From positions 77,190,001 through 77,254,000 of the forward strand of contig JBITNC010000001.1 in the NCBI GenBank assembly GCA_050084985.1: a DNA stretch of 64,000 nt, in the 5' to 3' direction. Both the position numbers and the translations under genes were made by a program. Positions 11,548 through 24,817 of the stretch are shown one piece after another; the stretch's first letter is position 1, and each line of letters begins with the position of its first letter. Origin of the DNA: Nageia nagi (lineage: Eukaryota; Plantae; Pinophyta). The notes below the pieces were generated by a model that saw only the letters and a program-made list of their open reading frames with translations, was not told where the DNA came from and made no database searches.

Positions 11548-14500
11548 TCAAACTTCACTCCCCCTTGAGGGCAACTTCACCAACCTGATAGCATCCCTAA
11601 GCATACAGAACTGAGCTTCCGGGAGGGGCTTGGTGAACAAATTAGCGGAGTTCAAGGTGGATGGACAATACTCAAGGTGTATGATGCCATCAAGAACCTT
11701 CTGCCTAATAAAATGGGCATGGATTTCCACATGTTTTGTTCTCTGATGGAACACAAGATTTTTAGCCAAAGAAATAGCTGACTGATTGTCTAAAGAAATC
11801 AAAGATGAGCCTCCTTGCTCATACCCAATTTTTTTCAGAGATGCCTTGCCAAATGGCTTCCTGGGCTACAACAGACATGGCATGGTATTCAGCTTCTGTG
11901 GTTGAAAGAGAAACAATAGGCTGCTTCTTGGAAGCCCAAGAGATAGCACCTGTACCAATGCTAAACACATACGCAGAGGTTGATTTTTAGTCATCTCTAT
12001 CTCCTCCATAGTTAGAGTCTGAGAATCCAGAGAGAACAAACAAGGGCAACTTAGAATACTTGAGAGCAAGATTCTTAGTCCAAGCAACATACTTTAAGAT
12101 TTGCTTAACAGAATTGAGGTGCCAACATATGGTTTCTACATGAATCGTGCCATCAGATTCACTACAAAGGCAATATCTAGTCTGGATATAGTCAAATACA
12201 AAAGACTACCAATTAATTGCCTGTAAGCTGTAGCATCAGCTAACTGAGAGTTGGAGCTTAGAGAAACAGTGATTCCAGGAGAGACTGAGATCGCATCATA
12301 TCTACTCTCCTCTATTCCAAACTTCTGCAAGATTTCTGATATATACTTAGATTGACTGAGATAAGTACAATCCTTGTATTGATATACTTGCATTCCAAGA
12401 TAGTAGAGTAAGAGACCAAGGTCAATCATTTCAAATGTTGCCTTAAGTTTGGATATGCACTCTTGAATGATTTCATCATTGTTTCGAGTAATCCAAAAAT
12501 CATCCACATAAAGGAGAATCAAGACCACGTCTTTTCTTTGATTGAGCGCATATAGATCGGAGTCAAAAAAACACTTGGAGAAACCAATGTCTGCAAAATA
12601 CCCTGAAATCTTTCTGTACCAAGCTTTAGGTGCTTGCTTAAGTCCATATAATGACTTCTTTAGCTTGCACAAAGAACTCTTTGCCTTCCACAATAAACCC
12701 TTCTAGTGATTCATGAAGATTTCTACATCTAAGTCACCATTGAGGAATGCACTCTTGACGTCAAGTTGAAAAAATTTTCATCTTTGAGCTGCAAAAAGAG
12801 CAAAGATAATTCTCATAGTAGGCATCTTTGCTACGGAGCAAAGGTTTTCTCATAATCTACATCGTATTTCTGAGCAAAACCTTTAGCTACTAACCTTACT
12901 TTGTATTTCTCGATATCTTCAACTGAATTGAACTTGACCTTGTAGATCCACTTATTGGCAATCACATTCTTCTCTTGGGATAAGGAACCAAGTCCTAAGT
13001 TTTATTTTTCATAAGAGCCTCATACTCCACTTTCATGGCTTCCATCCAGCACTCGTGCTTAGAAGCTTCTTTAAAGTTGAGGGCTCATGCTTGTTGTCAA
13101 TCTTGGCAAATAAGGATTTGTTTAAGGTCATGCATCTTGTTACTCTTTGTGTTGGAGAATTTCGTTTTTGATATGACTTGTCTAGATCAACATCTAACCA
13201 GCTAGGTGCAACTGAAGAGTCATCTGGATCATCAACATCCTTATTAAAAGCAAATTCTTTAGGAAGTTCATTGAACTTTACATCCTTTGAAACAAACACG
13301 GCTTTGTAGGATGGAGAGTAGAGCTTGTAGCCTCTATGCTGATTGTCATAACCTACAAAGATGTACTTTTCAGCTCTTTTGTCCAGTTTTTTCTTTTTTC
13401 TCAAAAACAATGTAAGAGAATGCTTCACAACCAAACACCTTGAAGTGAGAGATGTTAGGTTTTCTTCCTGACCATGCCTCAAAAGGAGTTATACTCTGAA
13501 CGGCTTTTGTGGGACACCTATTCAAGATGTAAATAGTAGTGCTCACAGCTTCACCCACAAGAAACTAGGAAGATTACCCAACATGCACCTAGCCCTTTCC
13601 AAAATTGTTCTATTTTTCCTTTCGGCAACACTGTTCTGCTAAGGAGTGTATGTAATTGTAAACTATCTCTTGATTCCATACTTGACACAATAGTCATTGA
13701 ACTCATTGCTGATATATTTTCCCCATTATCTGATCTCAACATCTTGGTTTTAAAGTTAGTTTGATTCTCAACAAAGGCCTTAAAAACCTTAAAACTCTCA
13801 AAGGTTTGATCCTTGTGCTCAAGTGGATACCCAAAGGTCATCCTACTAAAGTCATCAATGAAGGTCATGACGTAAGATGTTCCTCCAAGTGACTTAGTCT
13901 GAAATGGACCCATCAAATTTAAATGCACAAGTTGAAGAGATTGAGATGCTCTTGCTGCCTTATCTTTTTCAAACTTTTGTCTATGCATCTTGCCAAGAAT
14001 GCACTTCTCGCATAGACCAACCGGAAGAGAAATTGAAGGCAAACCTTTCACAAGTTCTTAGTCTTTCATGACTTGAATACTTTTGTGGTTAAGGTGCTCT
14101 AAACATTGGTGCCAAAGATTGCCTCTAGAACACACACTAGAAGCAAGACACATCTTTGATGGAACTTGATCTACAATGTAGAGATCATCTTTCACTGATC
14201 CTTTAACCAAAATGGCAAGTCATTTTTTAATGCACCAGGATTGAGAGTTGAACTCAAGAGTACCCTTTTTAAGTAACTTGGATTACGGAGAGAAGGTCAT
14301 CCTAAGCTTAGGAACATAGAGCGCATTATTAAGAACCTTCCCGTGAATCAACACACTCCCAATTCCTTGGACTTCAAGGGTAGAGTTATCACTTATCACA
14401 ACCGCATCTTTTCTATACTTGTGAAAGTTTTCAAACTTTTCCTTTTCAAACCATAGGTGATTAGTGCAACCAGAATCAACAATCCAATCAGACGAAAAAG

Positions 14501-15481
14501 AGGGAGACAAAGAGTAGAGTGCCGCAGCAAAATTAACTTGAATATTCTTCTTTCCTTTGTAGTTCTTTACATTTTCATTGCCTTTGTTCTTTTCCTCTTT
14601 TCTTTTTGTAGCAATCAACTTCTTTATGACCTTGGATGCCACAATAGTTACAATTACCATCAAACTTTTCCTTAGGATATGGATTGTTTGCTTCACCGTT
14701 TCCATCTCTTTGCTTGAAGTGGTTGTTGTTGCCGTTGTTCCTCCTGCTGCTGTTGTTTTTGTTGTTGTCGTTGCCATCGCCTCTTTTCTCAAACCTTTTG
14801 GAGGAATAAAGATAAGATTTCTTTTGATGGTTGAACTTCTTGAAAGGAGTTTTGGTTGCTCCAAGAGCAACGTTATTATCCTTAAGAGAAGAAATCAACA
14901 CCTTATTGTTAAGGGTTTTTTCATGCTTCAAAAGTTGCCTAGAAAGGTTCTCAAGGGAGAAAACTTCTTCATCATCAAGACTTGTTTCCATAACCGTTAC
15001 AAAGTTTTCAAACTTTGAAGAAAGGCTTTGAAGAATAATGAAGACTATGAATTCATCATTGATCCAATTGCACTCACAAGCAACAAGTTGGGTCCTTAGG
15101 TCAATGATTTTGTTCAAGTAGATGGCAACATTTTCATCTTCCTCTTGACGAGTTTGAAGCAACTTTTGGAGAATGGTAAACCTTCTTGAAAAATTAGAAC
15201 CAAGGTAGATTTGCTTAAGCTTATCCCAAGCTTCCTTTACTAAAGTTGAAAAGGAAATTATTAGGAGCACATCATCCAAAATTGCATGGTAAATCATGGA
15301 AGTTGCCAAACTCATTCTTTGTGTTGTCAACCTCTAGTGCCTTCTCATCTATAGGAGGTACAAGGTTCTCATTCACTGTTTGCCAAAGCTTTCTTGCCTG
15401 CAATTCAGCTCTCATCCGTAGTTCTCAAATCTCAAAGTTGGAACCATCGAGAATGTGTTTGGGTAAAAAGGAGTCTCCCAT
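11548..15481 (-). pseudogene. Copia gag-pol polyprotein (frameshifted) of the inner element
   Basis: ATG at 15481 (MGDSFLPKHILDGSNFEI); CNYCGIQGHKEVDC zinc knuckle; WIVDSGCTNH protease; FIDDFSR/LRSDNG integrase; SLYGLKQAP/YVDD RT; FHQRTKHVE RNase H. Confidence 0.92.
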
Positions 15482-17099
15482 TTGCTACACAAAGATGTGA
15501 AAAAGTAATAAGCATGTGATTCAATAAACAACATTGTATGTTAAGTTTTAACCAAGTAAATAATACATGCTAAATATAACATTAGAGTCATGCTTGATTT
15601 AATTCACAAATGCAAATGTTTTACTATTCAAATATACATCCCATGTACCCAAATACGTTTGTCATCACCAAGAACCATAGATGTAGAGTGACATTGTTGA
15701 GGCTTGTTTTCTTGTCTATAACTAGGCCTTCACCTGGATGCCCACACAAGAGGAGTCCAAGTACTAGCAATCCTCAACCAGTTTGCTTTGGTCAGTATTA
15801 TACTTTCTCACAAAGACAAGTACCTACTATTTTCCAAGGTTATGACGTTTATTGGATCGGCTAAACTATTAATCTTGATTAGGTTTCAAATTGTTCTCTT
15901 AAGTTATCAGGATAATCTCTAAATAGGTGTGCGGACATATGGTATCACTACACACATGCCTATTCACTTATTGGAGTTATGTCTAGACCAACAGAGGGCT
16001 TAGGGACAATTGAGAAGTACAAACTTTTCACCATTTGGATTATCGTACTTAAAGACTCCAGTTCGCCTATCCTCACCTCATGGGTCCCCAAACAAGTCAT
16101 GTTGCGGAATGTACATGCGGATGTGTTCATTTTTAAGGGGTTGCTCATTTCAATGTTTGCATTTTTGTTTGCATAAGCAAATAAAGCGAAAAGCGAAACA
16201 TAAAAAAAAGAAGCATAAGTAAAACATCATCCATTCAAGATTTGAAACCTAAATGACCAATGGGTTTTGTTTTCCAACCCCTAAAGGACATCTTTACATC
16301 ATTCCTATTTTTACACAAGTCCAATCTTTTGGAAAATGAAGTAAATTGCATCATAACTTAAAAGTTTAAGTACTAAGCATAAGTACTAATCATAAGCATG
16401 CATTACTTTAACTTAAAAGTATGCATCTAAGTAAGTTAAAAAAAAGTCTTTTTAACTTACCAATTTTAAGTATAGAAACACATCTTTTATTAAAAAAAAA
16501 TTTTGAAGGACTAAGCATGCACTTATTAATTTAAAAAATAAGTACTAAACATGCATTTAATTTTAAGTAGTAAGCATTAACTTAAAAATTTTAAGCACTA
16601 GGCATGTATTAAATTAAGTAAAAGAAATATAAATTCCCCCTCTTTTTTACTTAAAAAATCATCCCTATAACATTATCTAAGTTGTAACATACAAAAGTAG
16701 GATCCCTCAATAATTTGTTTTCTCCCTTTTTGTTAAGGCTAAAAGTAGGATCAAGTGTTTATTTTAAGCCTTAAAAAAATGCCAATAAATAAAGGACAAG
16801 CAATTTTAAAAATAATCATAACCAATAATTAAATTTAGAGTTTACTTCAACTCTAAAAAAATTTTACTTGTGTAGTTGCATGTTTACCAAAAAAAATATT
16901 TTTAAGTATTGAAATATTTAAAGAGAAATGATGACCAAGGAAGAGGAATGATGACAAGCATTTAATTTTTGAAGTTGGAGTTTACTCTAACTCTAAAAAA
17001 TGCAAGCTTACTTTCTTCATAGTCCAATTCATTAATGACAAATTCATTAAAAAGACAAGATGGTAAAAAGTTAGTAAGGTGACCCACCACAAGGACAAA

Positions 17100-17770
17100 A
17101 GATTAATGCAAAGAAACAAGCGTACAAAGAAGGAGAAAGCCAATGCAAGGAGAGTTGGGGGCCGTGCAAGGAGAAAGAGAATGCAAGGAGAGCTGAGTGG
17201 ACGAGGGCTTGGTGTGAGGTGACAGCCAATAGCCCACAGGGGCTTTTAATAGGCAGTGAGGGTTGCACAGACAAATAAAAAAGATGCGAGGGGGGGTTCG
17301 TGGGCAGAGAGAGCTTCGCGATGAGAGGAGACCACAATGATGTCGCCTTAATCAATGCACGAAGGCCAATATTGAAGCAGGCTAAGCGGAGATGAAGAGG
17401 ACATGCTGAAGTTCGAAACCCCAGCGACTTGACACTGGTAGAAGGCTTCAGCATAGCACCACTCCCATCAAATCCAAAAACGCAACCAATGGCATGGAGT
17501 GGCCATGATAGGGGCCTTCTAACGATGGTGGGGAAAAGGCGAGAATGATGGCCTCTTGCTGGTGGCATGGAGTGGCCGTGAAAGAGGCCTGTCGTGAGAA
17601 GAGCATGGGATGAAGCCTCATGATTCGCAAGGCAGAAGGAGGTCAAGAGTCGGTCAATAAGGCAGAGAGTGGCCAAGAGAGGCCACGGTGGAGAGCGACT
17701 AGGGTGAAGGAAAAGCCTGTTGCGCCTGTTGGGTGAAGGTTGATACGTGGCCCAAAACGACATTGTAGAC
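17100..17770. other. GC/purine-rich cassette in the Copia leader, content unrecognised
   Basis: Sharp GC rise between AT-rich flanks, at the position equivalent to 960-1820 in element 1, but no alignment to it seen by eye. Confidence 0.6.
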
Positions 17771-18989
17771 AATGAAAAAATATTATATGTATGCAAAAAT
17801 ATTTTAATCTTCCAATGCTTTTTTTTAATAAAACATGAATATAGTAAAAAAAGGTTACACATTATATTTACAATATATTTTGTGTTATGTAAGTCTCCCT
17901 TTCTTTGTTGAACACAAAAAAAATGTAGTAAAGTGTAGTTACTTTCAATTTTTTTTTAGTTAGTATCAAAATAGTTGAAATAAATACTTGTAAAATACAA
18001 CTATTCTGATAAGGGAACTAAGGTAGGCAAAATTCTAATATATAAATTTTCAAAAAAAAATTGCATATAATTAAGGATATGAAAAAAAATGTAGTATATG
18101 TTTACTTAAATACATAATAAAACCTTCAAAAAAAAATTAAGGATATGAAAAATTATAGCAATAGGTAATCTTAAACAGATGCAACTAACAGTAAGACATG
18201 TTAGTATACAAAAAATTACAACATAGATTGATATTTTAAGCAAATTTTGTCATAAACAAGGACTATCACAACACGATATGTTAGTAACATAATGCAATAA
18301 TCCATAAGATAACCAAAAGAGGAGGTAAATTGTACCTTATCTTAGTTTTACCTCACCAATGGGGATCACCAAGATGTAGTTTCCACACCAAGAATAAGAG
18401 CTTTCACACCTGCTTTGATACCAAATGAGAGAGTTGAACTATAACATAAGCAACTCTAAACTCCCAAGATCACATGAAAGCTCACAATTCACATCTAACA
18501 AGCTCACAAAGCAATCTCACAACACAACACAAGATGTAAGTGGTTCTTCCAACTAGGAGTACATCCACTAACTAGATCTTTACTTCAATCACAAATACAA
18601 CTCTCTTACAATCCTTCTAATTTTAACTCCTAAGCACTATCCTATAGCATAACTTTACTCCACAATTGGTGTATGATCTAAAGAGGGAGCCTTCTATTTA
18701 TAGGCCAAAATCTCTCTTTGGATCACCCTTTTATCCAATGTACAAAAGCATGACATGCACATCGTTTTACCGAAGGGGCATACTCATGACATGGAGTGTA
18801 GGACAAGTTACATTATCATATTCACTTAAACACTTAAGGTATCAAATGATACCCATAGGTATTAGTGAATTTACATAGAAGATTATTACATAATCTATAC
18901 AATAATGCATTATACATTCCAACAGTAAATACTACTACTACATTACAAATACCATAATCCCTAAGGATTAGGTGTCTAACAATCCCCCT

Positions 18990-21900
18990 TTAATCCAAGG
19001 GGTATTTGTAAGTCCAAGCATCTTCCTGAACTTCTCAAACTTCTCTTTGAAGCACCTTGGTGAAGATGTATGCAGTTTGCTCATTTGTGGAACAATGTTT
19101 CAATTGAATTGTTTTGACTTCTACATGATGTCGAATCAAATGATAATTCGTGTTGATGTGCTTTGTTCGATTGTGAAATTTAGGATTCTTGGCCAATTGA
19201 ATTGCAAAAATATTATTAATTAGAACTGGAGTTGGATGCATCGATTTTTTCTACAAATCTTCTAGTATCTTCCTGAGTCATACAATCTCCTTTGTTGCTT
19301 CTACAGCAACCATATACTATGCTTCCGTAGTGGAATCTGTCGAAATGGATTGCTTTCATGATCTCCCAGAGATAGCTACTGATCAAGCCTCATGACATAT
19401 CCTGAAGTCGAAACTCTGTTCTCTTTGTCACCATCAAAGTCTGAATCTGAATTTCCAATCACTCTGTAGACTCCTACCTTAGAATATGAGTCCCAATTCT
19501 TATGTTCCTTTCTAATATCTGAGAACTCTTTTTGCTGCATTCTAATGCCCTTCACTCGGGTTTTGCATAAATCGAGAGAAAATTCCAACCACAAATGAGA
19601 TATCTGGTTTAGTTGTGGTTAGATAAATGAGACTTCTTACAAGTTGTCTATATTTTGTAGCATCCTCAAATGCATTCCTTTCAATAGATTTCGATTTCAA
19701 ATTTTGTTCCATTGAAGTAAAAGAGGATTACAATCTATCATGCCAAATTTATTCAACAACTCTCCAATGTACTTTCTTTGAGAAATGAAAATGTACTTTG
19801 AATTTTGTGTCACTTCAACGCCCAAGTAGTAATGAAGATGTTCCATATCATTTAAAAACTTTTCTTCAAATCTTGTCTCACGGATGCAATGTAACTTTCA
19901 TTGTTCCCTGTTATCCAAAGATCATCTACATACACCACAAGATATACAACAATCTTGCCAATCCTTCTGAAAAATAAAGTTGCATAATCAAGATTAAAGT
20001 GTTCAAAATTAATTTTCAAGAGATGCTCAATAAGCTTTTCATACCAAGCATGAGGAGCTTGTTTTAGGCCATACAAGGACTTGATGAACTTGGAAAACTT
20101 TTATATTCTTAACCCTTCATTGCAAATCCTTCTGGTTGTTTCATGTACACTTTTTCTTTCAAATCACCATTCAAGAAAGTAATCTTCACATCCATCTAAT
20201 GAACTTTCCACCCATATTGAGCTGACATTGCCAACAAAGAACGAATGATAGCCCACTTAGCTATAGGAGCAAAAGTCTCATCATAGTCAATACCTTCTTT
20301 ATGTGCAAAACCTTTAGCCACAAGCCTCGCTTTATGTTTTTCAAGTGAGTTGTTTGATCTGTACTTGTTTTTGTAGACCCACTTGTATCCAATAAGTTTG
20401 GTTCCATATGGAGGGTCCACCAACTTCCAAGTCCCATTCTTGATGAGAGCATCATACTCCTTCATGGCATCTTTCCAAACATCATGAGAAAAAACTTCTT
20501 TAAAGGAAGTTGGCTCATAATTAGCAAAAAAATTCAATTTACAATCAAATGAACAATCCATATCATCATTATCATCACTTGAATTTGAATTCTCTATTGC
20601 TCCATCTTCTAGTCTTTCTTGGTAGGAGCTCCTAGTTTCTATCTTTCCCACTTCATCAGGATGAACACTTTCAAGTGTTTTGGAGAGCCACTTAGAAATC
20701 TTTTACGATGTTTTTGGTTGCTCAACAAGTTGAGTAGGTTCTTCATTACCATCAAGGGCTCAAGCTACCAATCCCATTAATCACATCATCCAAAAGAACT
20801 TCTAGAACTAATGAAAAGAAAGAAAATTGTTGTGGAGGAGTTGTTTGTGCTGCAGGAACAAGTTCTTCATGAATAGGCGCAAGTGTAGATTCCAAAGATT
20901 GATCCAATATAGGGATCCCCCTGTCAAGATTTGGAATCTCATAATCTGCTTTAAAGAAGTGCTTTCCATGGGTAAACCTATCAAGGTGATCAAGTTGCCG
21001 CTCTACAATCATGTCACTCTTGGAACATTCAAGAAAAATGATGTCTCCTACAAAGAGGAACTTCTTGTTTACCTTGTCATACAACTTATAGCCCTTGGTA
21101 GTATCTGAATACCCCAAGAATATACATTTTCGACTCCTAGCACCAAGTTTGTTTCTTTGTTCCTTAGAGATTAAGGCATAACAAGTGGAACCAAAATTTC
21201 TGAGATGCCTAATCGAAGGAATACGACCAAACCACATTTCATATGCAGTCTTATTGTCAAGAGCATGAGATGGACATCTGTTTCTGACATATACTTCACA
21301 TTGAACTGCAAAACATCATTTTCACATTCTTGAAAAACAACATTGCTCGAATCATATTCAACAAAGTTCTATTCATCCTCTCAAATACACCATTTTGTTG
21401 TGGATTATAAGGAACAATTGTTTGATGCTTGATTCAATGTTGACTAAGATAGTTTTCGAATTCATTTGATGTGTATTCACCCCCATTATCAAAAAGAAGT
21501 GTGCCAATAAGAGTGCGTGCTTCTTTCTCAATCATAACACGAAATTGTTTAAACTTTTCAAAATATTCAGAATTGGTTCTTCAACAAATACACCCAACAC
21601 ATCCTAGTATAATCATCAATGAGAGTCATGATATATTTGTTTCCAATAGTAGAAGGGATAGGTAATGGTCCACACAAATCAGTGTATGAGTTCTAGTTTT
21701 CTACATGCTCTAAATTTTGAATCAATAAAAAGTTGTTTGCTGTGCTTTCCTAGGACACATGCTTCTCAAGGTTTTCTACATTCCTAGGAATGGTGGGCAA
21801 TCCTGATACATCTTTCTTTTTCAACAAACGAAGATCATCAAAAGATGCCCAACTCTTACATGCCACAAGAGACTAGATGAGACTACCTTTTTCTTGATGA

Positions 21901-23210
21901 GTGAGGTAGGCAAAGTTCCTTGATCTAGCAGAAGTCTCATGCAACTTCAACAACTTCTCTCATTCTTCCCGCCAGTCATCACCAGTTTGTTGTCGAAAGA
22001 CCTTATCTCCACTTTGCCATCGAACATATGAATTGAATGACCCTGTTGGCGAATGAACACAAGAGATAATAGGTTCCTTTGCAATTTAGGAAGGTGGAGA
22101 ACATCATGAAGAAGCATATCTGAAAGGCTTGGCAACTTTAAGTTTCACGGTACCAATAACCGAACGTGTAATACTGGATCTATCAACAAAATACATGCAC
22201 CATCAATGTTTGTATTCATCTCCTCAAAAAAGTCTACAAAATGACACGTGATATGTCAAACCAGTATCGAGCAACCAAGCATCCTTCCAAGATGCAAATG
22301 AAGAATTACACAAATTGTCAATTGTAGTGTTACATTGGAAAGTAATATAATGAACGGAATTAGAGTTCTTACTCTTTGCTTGCTCCCGTTTTTCATTTCT
22401 TTTTAATCTTCTCCCATGGAGTCTGACAGATAGCAATTTCATGCCCTTTTATGTCGTATTTTGTACAATGTAGATTGTTTTTTTTAAATCACAATCACCT
22501 TGATTAGATCTACCTCCTGCTTTTGGAATTTCCCCTACCATGACTACGGTGGCTGCTTTTACCACAGAAGAATCATGTGCAATATTTTTCCTTTTTTAGC
22601 AATACACAATGTATCTAAAGTAGGATCACTAGTCTTCTTTCCAAATGCTTTCTCACGTTCTGCAATCTTATCTACCAATGTGTCAAATGTGAGAGATTTC
22701 AAATAACCACTAGCTTGTAGGGATTCAAGATAGTTTGAATATGTGGGGTACAACGCTTAACCAAGGTCGCAAGAGCAATGTCAATTTGTACACCTGTAGA
22801 GTTTATTTCGTGCATAATTGCTCTAATGTTTGAAATTAATGCCATGAGATCATTGTCTTTCAACTCTAGGTTGAAGAGCTTCAATTGTAATCGGATTAGT
22901 TCCAATTCATAATGGGAGTCATACAAATCTTTTAGTTTTTTTAATGCATTCCAAGCATCATCTATTGAGCTAATATGACGGTGCACTGCTGCATTAACCG
23001 AAGCAACAAGTAAAGCATTTTCCTTACAATTCATATTCCAAACTGCAAGCTTTTTGGCATCCGTTGGTTTGGTGGGTGGATTGTCACCATCAGATACTCG
23101 TATCCAAAAATCATTGAAAATTAAAGTATGCTTAATTTATCTAGACCACTCCGGCCAATTTTCTTTACTGGTCAAAACAACGCCCACAACGCTCACAAGT
23201 GAATGCATTT
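18990..23210 (-). pseudogene. Degenerate Copia gag-pol of the outer element
   Basis: WLLDTG (protease); KLGARSRKCIFLGYS (integrase); KARLVAKG, YGLKQAP and YVDDL (RT); FHNRTKHI (RNase H). Many frameshifts. Confidence 0.9.
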
Positions 23211-24742
23211 TGCAACAAAAACTTCAAATCAAATTTTCACACTATCAAAAAGTTGTCGTTACAACATAATTTTGCTCTTACTACAAAATGAGCAAAATTC
23301 ACACCAAAAATAATGCTCATTTAAGAGGCATTACAACTCTTCTTTTACGAGGAGGTAAACAAAATTGGAACCAACTCACATTCATCATCATCACTTTCCG
23401 CATTATCTTCAACATCTACCTCATATCCCACTTCCAATTCTTTCTTGACCTTTGTCTACAATCTTAAATTAGATATGGCAAAGAATGAAATCTTCTTCAA
23501 TCCTATGTTTGACAAAATTGACATCAAATGTTATGTCTTTACCAAGATACTTTTTGAATACATAGTAGAACCCATACCCTTATGCTAAATTCATACCCTA
23601 AATCAAACTGTAGCTCTCAAAATTCTGGATTGAACAAAAAGAATTGCCTAAAAACAGATAAAATTTGAGCAAGACGTGGCCAAAATACTCTCCAAAATTA
23701 AAAATAGCCCAAAAAAGCATCTTAAAAATTGTTGTCTGTGCAGATACTGTTGATTGGACACAAAATTCGAGGTAGGGCGGTCAACTGATCAAAGCTGGTG
23801 TTGATTGTGCGGTGTTGCTTACATGGCAAGGGCGTAGGTGACAAGGTAGTGGTACTGATGAGGTGCCATGTGGACGCTGGCGAGGCCGGCTTGTAACGTC
23901 GGGTGGTTGACTGGTCAAGTCAGATGTGTCAGCGCAAAACGCATCGGTTTCACGTCAAGTGGCAGGTCGGGTGTGTCGGGCAGCAGGTATTTGATTGCAG
24001 GTCTGCACAACTTCCAAACGGACTTTCACTTCCACTACGAGCACGAACATTGGGTTTGTCTGGGCAGGGGGCTGGCAACAGGTTGGAACTACACCCGGCA
24101 GGTTGCTGCACGAACTGGCACATGGTGGGTGATCTCCACTACACGCAACACGAAGCCTTCAAATTTGCAGGCTCCACAAACATATTTTGCACGGATTTCA
24201 ACACAAACCACTGACTAACTTCGAAAACCACGAACCGGTCGCAAAAAAAATTGTTGAGTCTGAAAACTTCAAATGAATACACACAACTTCACCATTTTTG
24301 CTCCAAAATAGGTTTTCTAATATATCACTTCGATCAGAATGGAGATGGAGATTCAAATATGAGTTCAAAAAGTGATTTTGTGAATCAGTTTTTCAAAAAA
24401 CGAATTACAAGCATTTGTGAAAATTTTGGATAGATTTTGTCTTTGACATTCATGGAGTTAGAAGAGAGATTGAACATAGCTTTGATACCAATGACAGGCT
24501 GTTTATTAACTCCAAAAACAAAAGTATTCTATTTTCTAAAAATGAGAGTAAATACGATGCAAAATGACTATACTTGTTCACCTTCTTAGGTGACCTTTGA
24601 GATCCCTCAAGAACTCTTCACATCCAGTAACTTATGACTCTTAGAATTCCACTATACTCTAAGCTACGAATTTACGAAATTTAGTAAACACTATTACCAT
24701 ATTACAAATATACCATAATCCCTAAGGATTAGGTGTCTAACA

Positions 24743-24817
24743 ATCCCCCTTTAATCCAAGGTATTTGTAAGTTCAAGCATCTTCCTATCCTTCTGTGAAG
24801 ATGTCTGCAATTTGCTT
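24743..24817 (-). mobile_element. PPT + RNase H C-terminal remnant of a second tandem Copia copy sharing the 24492-24742 LTR
   Basis: ATCCCCCTTTAATCCAAGG..TATTTGTAAGT.CAAGCATCTTCCT repeats 18982-19027, then matches ~19040-19061. Confidence 0.85.

Larger units (their letters stand above)
10350..18924 (-). mobile_element. Full-length Ty1/Copia element (inner) with paired 499-bp LTRs and TSD GTAAA
   Basis: LTRs 10350-10848 and 18426-18924 (TG...CA, about 22 substitutions by manual count, no indels). TSD GTAAA at 10345-10349 and 18925-18929. PBS 18411-18423. PPT 10849-10856. Confidence 0.95.
10153..24742 (-). mobile_element. Ty1/Copia element (outer) with short ~250-bp LTRs; 3' LTR split by a nested Copia
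   Basis: 5' LTR 24492-24742 after PBS AGCTTTGATACCA (~24478-24490). 3' LTR 10153-10349 + 18930-18981. PPT ATCCCCCTT at 18982-18990. Gag-PR-INT-RT-RH order. Confidence 0.9.

Noticed and set aside
17071-17862. 263-aa ORF as an env-like or extra gene
   Set aside because: Low-complexity Leu/Ser/Pro from a purine-skewed island, no recognisable domain, and no counterpart in the sister element.
23750-24240. GC-rich patch and ORFs in the outer Copia leader as captured gene
   Set aside because: No recognisable protein; ordinary GC-rich LTR-element leader.
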